DNA of 61,471 bases, filler included, from Dirinaria sp. TL-2023a (lineage: Eukaryota), in the NCBI GenBank assembly GCA_051941275.1. It is 8 parts of 8 records of this genome, joined end to end, with 100 filler letters (N's around TTAATTAATTAA, not from the genome) between each part and the next. Parts side by side here need not be neighbours in the genome. Positions count along the whole stretch, not along the records: positions 46,234 to 53,803 come from JAVEBF010001296.1; positions 53,904 to 61,471 come from JAVEBF010001297.1; 6 more parts are not named here. One strand, 5' to 3'. A model generated the notes under the pieces. The model was not told the DNA's origin and did not search any database. It worked only from the letters and a program-made list of their open reading frames with translations. This document shows, one piece after another, positions 52,644-61,471 of the stretch. The first letter of the stretch is position 1, and each line of letters begins with the position of its first letter. Made by a program: the position numbers and the translations under genes.

Positions 52644-53060
52644 ACTGCGAGGCTGCTCCAGATTCCTGCCGCCTCAACCATCTGTTGTCTTTGTAGATAG
52701 TCACGCTCGCCATAGACGGTATTCGTACGGTACATTACATTCGAGCATCTGTTACATTCTCTATGAGAATTAAAAACCCAGCTGGGCCTCGCTTGGGGGA
52801 GCTAGTCCTGTACACTTGCTCGACACACCTTACCTGAGATTCCAGTGGCCAATTTTTGACTTAAAGAACTTATTTTTGCGAATTAGAAAGAGAAAGAAAA
52901 AGAAAAAGAAATCACAGTATCCCAGTTGCATTGACGAGACCTTACTGTAGTGACCTCGCTCGCCAGCTCTTCCGAGGTTCCCCCGGGGAAGCCCTAACAC
53001 TAACACGCTGGACCCCTGACAGAGCGGAAAAAACCGAAACAAAAAAAAAGAAAAAAAGAA

Positions 53061-53135
53061 TGGAGCCTGGGGACTCGAACCCCAGTCATATCCGGTAGTG
53101 TAAGGAGCCACATGACCCACTAGGCACTCTCATCC
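53061..53135 (-). pseudogene. tRNA-like sequence (pseudo-tRNA or SINE head), TAC anticodon-like loop
   Basis: A-box-like GTGCCTAGTGG; perfect T-arm TGGGG-TTCGAGT-CCCCA; oligo-T follows; acceptor stem does not pair. Confidence 0.65.
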
Positions 53136-53242
53136 TGCCTACCCCGCGGAAATCGACAGCTAGACGCGGTTCATCAACACGCGGATAGACCACGGTCAAC
53201 CTAGACCATGAACCCACTGATTGAGAATCACTCTCTTCTAAT

Positions 53243-53292
53243 AATAAATGAACATTAATAAATGAACATTAATAAATGAACATTAATAAATG
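53243..53292. repeat. 14-bp minisatellite (AATAAATGAACATT) x3.6
   Basis: Perfect copies read directly. Confidence 0.92.
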
Positions 53293-53756
53293 TCTTTCAT
53301 ATGCACAAAGCCCAGAACCCTTTAAGACACCTAAGCAATCACTTTTTTTTTTTTTTCTTTTTTTTTATCTGATCACTAGAAAAAGGGGCTACTCATGCAT
53401 GACCAACGGAGATTGAATATCAGAGCTACTGATGAGGCAATGTTTCATACAGAAGAGGGACCAGGCAGTCGAATTTTTGAATGATCTATTATTATGGAAT
53501 CTAGATATCCTTACGTAGTTGAGAGTAATTTTACGACTCCCTCGACACTTCCATTACTACCTCGTCTTACCTTGGTGACCTCGATTGCTAGCGCCTCTAA
53601 TCCGGGGTTCCTCCGAGGAAACCCTAACACCAACATGTGTGTGGCAGGGGGAAGGGGAAGGAACATAATCTGTTGAGGAAATATACCGAACAATAACCTG
53701 TTCCAAGAAGGCTGGAAGCAACAGGAGCCAAAAAAAAAAAAAAAAAATTGAAAAAT

Positions 53757-53803
53757 TGGGGGGCCTGGGGAGTCGAACCCCAGCCTATCCGAAGTGCAAG
53801 GAG
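53757..53803 (-). pseudogene. Second tRNA-like copy (3' half, TGC anticodon-like loop), cut by gap
   Basis: CTCCTTGCACTTCGGATAGGCTGGGGTTCGACTCCCCAGGCCCCCC followed by T tracts; aligns with 53061-53107. Confidence 0.6.
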
Positions 53804-53903
53804 NNNNNNNNNNNNNNNNNNNNNNNNNNNNNNNNNNNNNNNNNNNNTTAATTAATTAANNNNNNNNNNNNNNNNNNNNNNNNNNNNNNNNNNNNNNNNN
53901 NNN
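53804..53903. other. Assembly spacer with stop linker
   Basis: N run with TTAATTAATTAA at 53848-53859. Confidence 0.99.
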
Positions 53904-54091
53904 GGGTGTCTAAGATACCTAAGTACGGTATGTGGAAGAAGAAAGGGAAAAAGCCGGATGGTACTATCCACAGAATCAAGAAAAAGGGAACATCGCAGCT
54001 ATATTTCTATCCCTTTTTTTCGCTTCTAGATCGATGATCCCCCCTTTCCAACATTTCACACATCACCACCAAAAAAAAAAAAAAAAAACCC

Positions 54092-55727
54092 TCACAACCA
54101 CCCCTCAGGATTCTTGATCCCCGCCAAATTCCCCTCCTTGACGCGTTTCAGCGTCAGCGCCGCAATGAGCGCGGCCCCGACCCCGGACCCGTCCTCGGCC
54201 GGCTCGATGACGACCGGATCCCGTTTCCCCCTCGGCCAGCCCAGCATCTCCCTTAGTGCCTGCGCGCCGCGCGCCTTGAAATGCGGGTACTTGTTGAAGA
54301 CGCTGCCGTCGGCGCCGACGGAGCAAGAGGCGATGTTCTTCTTCTTGCAGATGGCGGCGACGCCGCAGGCCGAGAGGCGGGCGGCGCGGGTGCCGATCAG
54401 CTCGGCCAGGCGGCGGCAGAGTTCGAGTTCGGGTTTGGTGGCGCTGATGCTCAGGGTGCGTTTGATGAGGTCGCCTGTTTCGGACAGGTTCTCGAAGGGG
54501 TCTTCCTCGATCATGGACAGGAAGGAGGCGTCGAGCGTGTACGCTTTGCGCAGCTTGCCGATGTCTTGCCCTTCGAAGATTTGTACGCTTTTGTTGTCGT
54601 GCAGGTCGACGAGCACGAGGCGGAAGAGTTCGCCGAGGTATAGTCCTGCGATCATCTTCTCGAAGGATTGCTGGCCTGGTCGCGGGGAGTCGTTGTCGAT
54701 GATCACGTCGTAGGGTGTGCGCGGGAGGACGACGTGTTCGTTGTCGAAGGCGCCGTATTCGCAGTTGATGGCGATGGGCATGTCCGGTGGGAGGTTGTAG
54801 TCGGCGATCTTCGGCACCGAGCCGCAGTTCTCCATGTACGCGGCGTTGCAGCCGGTGCCGAAGATGCAGCCGATTTGCGTCGTGTCGTCGGTATAGTGCG
54901 AGGCGATCAGGGTGCCTGTGGTGTCGTTGATGAGAGCGCTCAGCTTGATGGGCAGATTGCGTTTTGCGATCGCTGCTTCGAAGAGCTCGGCGACGTCCTT
55001 GCCTTCGACGCCGGAGATGTCGAACCCTTTCGTCCAGCGTTGCAGGATCCCGTGGTCGATGTAATCTTGGGTGGCCGGGTACGAGAAGGTAAAGCCGAGC
55101 GGGATGTTTTCCCCTTTCCCTTCCAGTTCCTCGACTTCGTGGTGGTATTCGATGAATTGCTGGATGCAGTCTGCGATGTATTCCCATAGCTCGTCCGAGC
55201 TTCCTGTCTTCAACTCTTCCGGCATTTTGTATTTCGACTGGATGATGTCGAACTCGCCCTTCTCGTCCGTCAAGACGATCTCGCACACGCGTAGGTTGGT
55301 GCCTCCCATGTCCAATGCAAGAAATGTGCCTTCTTCGTAACCGGTCGGATATCCCATGACCCATGTTGGGTTCATTGGCTATGGATTGGAGTCAGACAAG
55401 GGATTCTTGGTGTTGATTTGAGTGACACTGACTATACTCCCACCTTCCTTGCTGAGGCCTGGTCGCATTGGAGGTCAGTGTCAATCTGCGCGGCAGACCG
55501 TTCAAGACTCGCCTTTCTCCAATTCCTTCACAAAGTGGTCTGACACTTGTTGCAGCTTCGCGGTGTCTACTGTGAATAGCTGTTCCAGCCTCTGAATTTG
55601 CTCGAAGAGGTCCTTCGGCACATCGGCCATGGACCCTTGATTACGACGTCAGCATTGGACGCTGACTTGATTAGGATACTGTAGACGTACCCCTGCGGGA
55701 AGGCTGTCTCCTGGGACCGAAAGGCAT
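54092..55727 (-). CDS. HXK: Hexokinase, 4 exons
   Basis: LALDMGGTNLRV, LGFTFSYP, WTKGF, INDTTGT, INCEYGAF, DGSGVGAA; start MPFGPRRQPSRRGSMADVPKDL. Confidence 0.97.
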
Positions 55728-57082
55728 TCTGAAGGTTGAATGCGCTCAGCGCCCAATTGTCGCTTGAACGGTGTCGGTGTAAGGACGGAACGCCTAAGAA
55801 TCAGTTTCGCAGACTGTGGTTCGAGTCTCGGGACAGGTGCGACTCAATTGAAAAAAAGGGAAGAAGAAATGAAGAGAATGATAGACAATTGGAGGTATAC
55901 GGATCAGATATCCGTTGAGCAAGTATGACGCCAAAAGCTGCGGGACGGAGTAAAAGCAAAGAGAGCGTTCCGAGAGCAGGCAGAGCTGGCGAAGAACTTA
56001 TGCGCGACACAAGCAAGCCAATGCGCAATTTGTGTTGGAGGATAATGTTTTCTTTGCAACAATAGCGATGCTTTTCTTCAAATGAATCAACCTATCCTCA
56101 TCATTTTCGAGTTTCGAAATGTTCTTAAAGAAGCTGAAGGCCCCGCGGCCCGGAGACCCACCGGGTTTATTCATCAACGTGCTAGTACAGTAAGTAGTAA
56201 GGCAGTACTGTACACTCTAGTACTGCAGTGGTACTACTCCTACCCCACGGTTGATAAGATTGGGCGCCTGAAGAAGTAAGATGACATAAGAAACAACCCA
56301 TTGACGCGGTTAGATGCTTCCCCACGCGTCCCTCGAGGCATGATGTATGTAAGGTAGATGATGATCGAAATAGTATTTCAAGAGTTATTTCTGACCATTA
56401 TTGCAGCATCTCGTGCAGGTTTCAGGCCGTTGATTCGTTGACGGAGCACGTTACAGAAACGAATTTCTGTCCAGGAGGCAACAGAAGTGATTGGGTTCTC
56501 GTGGCGCTGGCATCGAGACGCCGCCAAGCGAGGATAGAGGATGGTGGGGGATTTAAGGAGAAGTCGCGTTTCGCTTCACTTGCAGACGCTAAAGTCCTCC
56601 GTATTTTACCCGATTTGCCGATTTCACATGTACTCGTACCTGTACCTTAATTACCGATCGTGCCAAGATGGGATTATTTGCCCTGTTTGATGGAAATCAA
56701 AAGCAAAGCAAATACAGCTTGCACAACCTCCTCTGACTTCATGTGCTGACTTTTCCTTTGTCATCTCATTGTTCATTCATTACCCTCCCCCTCTCTACCT
56801 GAGACAACCCTCATTGTTCATTGTATGATCCGCGTGTGAGCACCACCTCAATCATCACTTCGCCCTTGATTGCGAAACCCTCCTTCCACAATCGCACCTA
56901 CTTTCATTTCTTGCCTATAACTATCGGCTCTGGTAGCCCTATTGAACCATCCTCAGACGTCTTTGACAAGACATCGACATTCTCTGAACCTGACGAAGGC
57001 CACCATTACTGCCACTGAGCTTGGCCGGAGTCACTGATCCTCCGTTATCAAAGCCCTGCAAAAGTTCTGCCAACGCTGCAAG

Positions 57083-60000
57083 ATGACAAGCACCGCATCA
57101 TCCACACCAACTTCAACCAACCTCCTCGATCAAGGCTCAGGCAGGGCTCAAGGCAACCAGGGAATTTCCCTAAGTACCTTTTTCGCTTCCTTGGTCGGAG
57201 GTCTTGCAATCTTTGGTGTCGAGTTCCTTCTCTTCTTGATCATAAAGGGCAAGTTTTCGAGGATCTAGTAAGTACCCTTACCCTATCATAATCTAATGCA
57301 AGAGCTGTGCTGATTGTGGGCCTAGCTTGCCACGTACCTACCTCGTACCGGAGAAGGAGCGTATCAAGGCCCCGCCCAAAGGCCTCTGGCAATGGGTGCT
57401 ACCGATTTTTCAGACCTCCAATTCAGATTTCATACAAAAGTGTGGCCTAGACGCCTATTTCTTCCTTCGATACTTGCGGACGCTGCTCAAGATCTTCATC
57501 CCTCTTGCGGTTTTGATACTACCCATTTTGCTGTGTAGTAATGCTGTGCTCGGGAGAGGCCCTCATTTTGCGGATCGTGGTAGTATCTATTATAAACCGC
57601 CATGGTCGAACGTAAATGGGCTCGATATCTTTGGCTGGGGAAACGTACGGCCTACCAAGGTTAATCGTTATTGGGCCCATCTCGTTTTGGCCGTTGTCGT
57701 CGTCGTTTATACGTGCTTCGTCTTCTTCGACGAACTAAGGGGTTATATACGTTTGCGACAGGCCTACCTAACCTCGCCTCAGCATCGACTACGGGCGTCG
57801 GCAACAACAGTCCTCGTCACCGCTGTTCCGAGGAAGTGGTGCACATTTGACGCTCTGAATGGGTTGTACGATGTCTTCCCCGGCGGCATCCGCAATATCT
57901 GGATTAATCGTAATTTTGACGAACTAAACGACAAGGTGAAACAACGGGATAAGCTCGCTCGCTCCCTCGAGTCGGCAGAGACAGCCTTGATCAGGAACGC
58001 GAAGAAAGCTCATATCAAGAAGTTGAAGAAAGAAGCTAAAAAGGCTGGGGGAAAGGCTTCGCAGAACGAGCTTTCGCATGCAGCAGATGACAAAGGCAGA
58101 GCTATGGCAGATATGGGCGGACTGAGCTCTGGCAACCCGCATCAAGTCAGGCATACTGTTGACGAGGCTCTCGACCACCCTTCCAATGAACCCTCAAGAG
58201 AATCGTCACCAGCTGGTGGTAACAAGAAACCGCTAGTCCCAATTCCGGTTGTTGGGGAAGGCCTTGAAGCTGTTGGACATGGCATCGGCGCAATTGGCAA
58301 AACCGTTTTTGGGGGACTCAAGAAGGTTGGGAAAGACGTGGACGATAGACTTGAAACGACTGGCGGATTCGTACCAGAAAGCGCTCCGTCAGAACTGAGG
58401 TCCGATTCAATTAGCGAGTCCTCTCATCAGCAAACCTACGGCGGAGCCACCGATGCTGCTGCATATCCCGAGGACGACTATAGGCCCCCGCCAAGTTCAG
58501 AGAGCCGTCGTCCTGTGCTCCAGGAAGGGTTTAATGATACACATGATACACGCGATAAGTTCAAAGGTAAGCAAGCTACTTTCAAAAACTTATAATGCTA
58601 TAAAGATCACCTGCTAATAGACAGCTCCAGCATATGACGGCAACATTGATGGCCCCGCGGCCATTGCGGCTGGCATAGAGCTTCATAACAACCCGCAACA
58701 GCTTGGTAAAGTAAAATCATCCCGCAAGGCGAAGGCGATGTTCTGGAAACCAAGCAAGAATGTCCCTTTTGGTATTCCTAGCCCAACGCCCCACGGCTAT
58801 GAAGGGAGCGAGTTTCCTATGAATAGCGTCACTTCCAGTGACCGAGGTGAGAAGAAACAGGTTCCGACCAGTCGCGCGCACTCTCAGGACGAGGGTCAAG
58901 GGAGAGGAACAGTCTTAACGAAGATGCACTTACCCCTGTCCGGCGGCAATGAGAAGAAAAGCACCGAGTATCCACCTGCTTGCACTGAGGACTATGACCC
59001 GGAAGAGGGTGAGCCGGTCTGGAAGAAGTATCTCAAGGAGAAAGACCGCGAGACGATGAGACTACCGATATTCGGCTGGCAGTGGATGCCTTCACTACCG
59101 CTGATAGGGCAAAAAGTGGACACTATCGATTACTGTCGCAAAGAAGTAGCTCGGTTGAACCTGGAGATTGAGCATGATCAGAAAGAGCCGGAGAAGTACC
59201 CACTCATGAACTCAGCATTCATACAATTCAACCACCAAGTTGCGGCGCACATGGCTTGTCAGGCTGTAAGCCATCACACACCCAATCAGATGGTGCCTCG
59301 AGTCGTTGAAATCTCTCCCGACGACGTGATTTGGGATAACATGTCGATCAAATGGTGGGAGTCTTACGTGCGTACTGGAGCGGTGATCACCCTCGTGTTG
59401 GGACTGGTGATTGCGTGGGGCATACCCGTTGCATTCACAGGCCTGCTGTCCTCGGTAGATTACCTGTCAACGCACTACCGATGGTTGAGATGGTTGTCTC
59501 GAGCTCCGAACTGGGTCCTCTCCATTATTCAAGGTATCCTCCCTCAAGCTCTACTGGCTGCATTGTTGGCTATTCTCCCAGTGCTTTTACGATTTCTTGC
59601 AAAGAGCCAGGGCGACTATACCGGTATGGCTGTCGAGCTATCAGTCCAAATGTACTACTTTGCATTCCTCTTTGTGCAAGTATTCTTGGTCGTCTCTATC
59701 TCGTCCGGCATAAGCAAAACCATCAAGCAGCTATACTCGGACCCTGGCAACGTAGCCTCAATTCTAGCATCAAACCTTCCGAAGGCTTCAAACTATTTCT
59801 TCTCCTACCTTTTACTACAGGCCTTGTCTGTCAGTGCAGGAGCTCTCGTACAGGTCGGGGGATTGATTAAGTGGTTTATCCTGGCGCCAATACTCGACAG
59901 CACTGCGAGACAAAAATGGACGAGGCAGACGAAGTTGCCGGATGTGCAGTGGGGTACTTTCTTCCCTGTCTATACGAATTTGGCCGTCATCGGTAAGTAC

Positions 60001-61114
60001 CATGGATATCGCTTTTGTGCCTTTGCGGTAAACTGACCAACAAATAGGTATCATCTACTCCATCATCAGTCCTCTTATCCTCATCTTCAATATCATCACT
60101 TTCAGCCTCTTCTGGCTTGTTTACCGATACAACACACTTTATGTTACGAAATTCCGCTTTGACACGGGGGGCCTGCTGTATCCGACAGCGATCAATCAGC
60201 TTTTCACTGGGCTCTACTTTATGGAGCTGTGCTTGATCGGACTTTTCCTTCTCGTACGCAGCGCTGATGAAAAGGGTGCCGCTTACGGTACGCCCTGCAA
60301 GGGCCAGGCGATCATAATGATCGTCGTCCTCATTGGCACGGGCATCTACCAGTGGCTGCTCAACCGAGCTTTCAGTCCTCTTTTCCGGTACTTGCCGATC
60401 ACCCTCGAAGATGAGGCTGTCATCCGGGACGAGGAATTTGCAAGAGCACAGGAGAAGCGGTGGCGCCTTGACGAGAACGAACAGCCTGGGGATGATATCA
60501 ACGACGTCCTTGAAGAACGCGCCCGCCGATCGGCAGAGGAGGATGAGCGAGCTGAAGAGATCGAAATGAAAGAGATTGAAGCTCGCCGACAACGAGGCCG
60601 ACTGGATCCAAGGAACATTGGCAAAGTGGTCCCCAATGCCATCGGCAACTTGATCCCGTCCAGGGGAAACTGGGCAGATCGCTCTCGGAACGAAAAAGCC
60701 TACGATACCTCGAAACAGAGCAGCAACATTAGCCACAACGAAGCTCGCCGCCGCCAACAACGCCGCCAACCCCAGAACGGTCATCGCGATCTCGAAGCCC
60801 AGAAGACGGGCGGCGACCGCATCGGGGAAGCGCTCTTCTCGGGACTCAACGATGAGATCGAAGACCTGACCCCGGAAGAGCGGGACCAGCTCGTGCGGCG
60901 CGCGTTCCAGCACCAGGCGCTGCGCGCGCGCAGGCCCGTGATCTGGATCCCGCGCGACGAGCTCGGCGTCAGCGATGACGAGATCCGCCGCACCCAGAGG
61001 CTGAGCAGGCATATCTGGATCAGCAACGAGTATACGGGCTTGGACGGCAAGGGCCGCGTCGTGTACCGGCGCAGCCCGCCCGATTTCTCCGAGGTTGATT
61101 TGATTGAGCTGTAG
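57083..61114 (+). CDS. OSCA/CSC1 (TMEM63/RSN1/DUF221) calcium-permeable stress-gated channel, 4 exons
   Basis: GLDAYFFLRYLR, SAFIQFN, PDDVIWDN, LPKASNYFFSY, DTGGLLYP; introns 57268-57325, 58567-58624, 59993-60047. Confidence 0.93.
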
Positions 61115-61266
61115 GGTGATAGTAGGAACACCTGCGTACCTTAATAAATGTACATAAATTCATGGAGAGAGATTAAGAAGACCACCAGGCCACTACTCTT
61201 CGGCGGCCTTTTTTGGATGGGAATTAATACCTTGGATTAATAATGAAAACGTGTCTTTGTTTGTTT

Positions 61267-61289
61267 GAGCGAGCGAGCGAGCGAGCGAG
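61267..61289. repeat. (GAGC)n microsatellite in the 3' flank
   Basis: Read directly. Confidence 0.85.
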
Positions 61290-61471
61290 AGCATATATAA
61301 GGTACATACATATCTACCTAGATAGATCGTCATCATCAATTCATCCTTTTTTTTTTTTTTTGGCTTTTGTGCAAATCAGTTCCTCTATTCCCCTCTATTT
61401 ATGATGTTGTATCACGCAAGCAAAGATCTGGAAATGCGCATAGATCAATCAAATCGGAGCTGTAAGGTAAT

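Noticed and set aside
52992..52998. CCCTAAC as telomere seed or telomerase template (also 53622)
   Set aside because: Single copy per element with no array or other telomerase RNA features; kept only as part of the shared block
54105..55364. 419-aa alternative-frame ORF and antisense ORFs over hexokinase
   Set aside because: Arg-rich shadow ORFs caused by high GC3 codon bias
59987..61012. 341-aa antisense ORF over the OSCA/CSC1 gene
   Set aside because: Antisense shadow of a GC-rich coding exon; no recognisable motif

Overview
Filamentous-ascomycete (Pezizomycotina) nuclear DNA with many short spliceosomal introns. The window is not one locus. It holds eight ~7.6-kb pieces joined by 100-nt N spacers, each carrying an artificial six-frame stop linker (TTAATTAATTAA). 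Piece lengths fall steadily (>=7629, 7627, 7618, 7602, 7584, 7573, 7570, >=7568), so these are size-sorted contigs and adjacency across gaps is meaningless. Well-supported genes are CDC48, VMA6 (partial), a secreted aldose 1-epimerase, an MPC2-type pyruvate carrier and NDUFA2 (both missed by the ORF track), bL28m/MRPL24 (partial), a type-B carboxylesterase, MRI1, RPT4, hexokinase and an OSCA/CSC1 channel. Less certain calls are COG7-like, AT-hook, CM1-motif, Nup53-like, HAUS4-like, BIM1-like, C2-domain and HeLo-like/ankyrin proteins. The most interesting unexplained signals are: (i) a degenerate ~180-bp x5 tandem array with ABABA structure between CDC48 and an orphan gene; (ii) two diverged copies of a tRNA-headed element sharing a hairpin with a compensatory change; (iii) a repeated CAGTCGACGCG motif array in a tail-to-tail intergenic region; (iv) a possible HEPN-type R-x4-H protein; (v) a possible in-frame splice fusion of an orphan gene to the Nup53-like gene. 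All protein calls rest on motif recall, not database searches.
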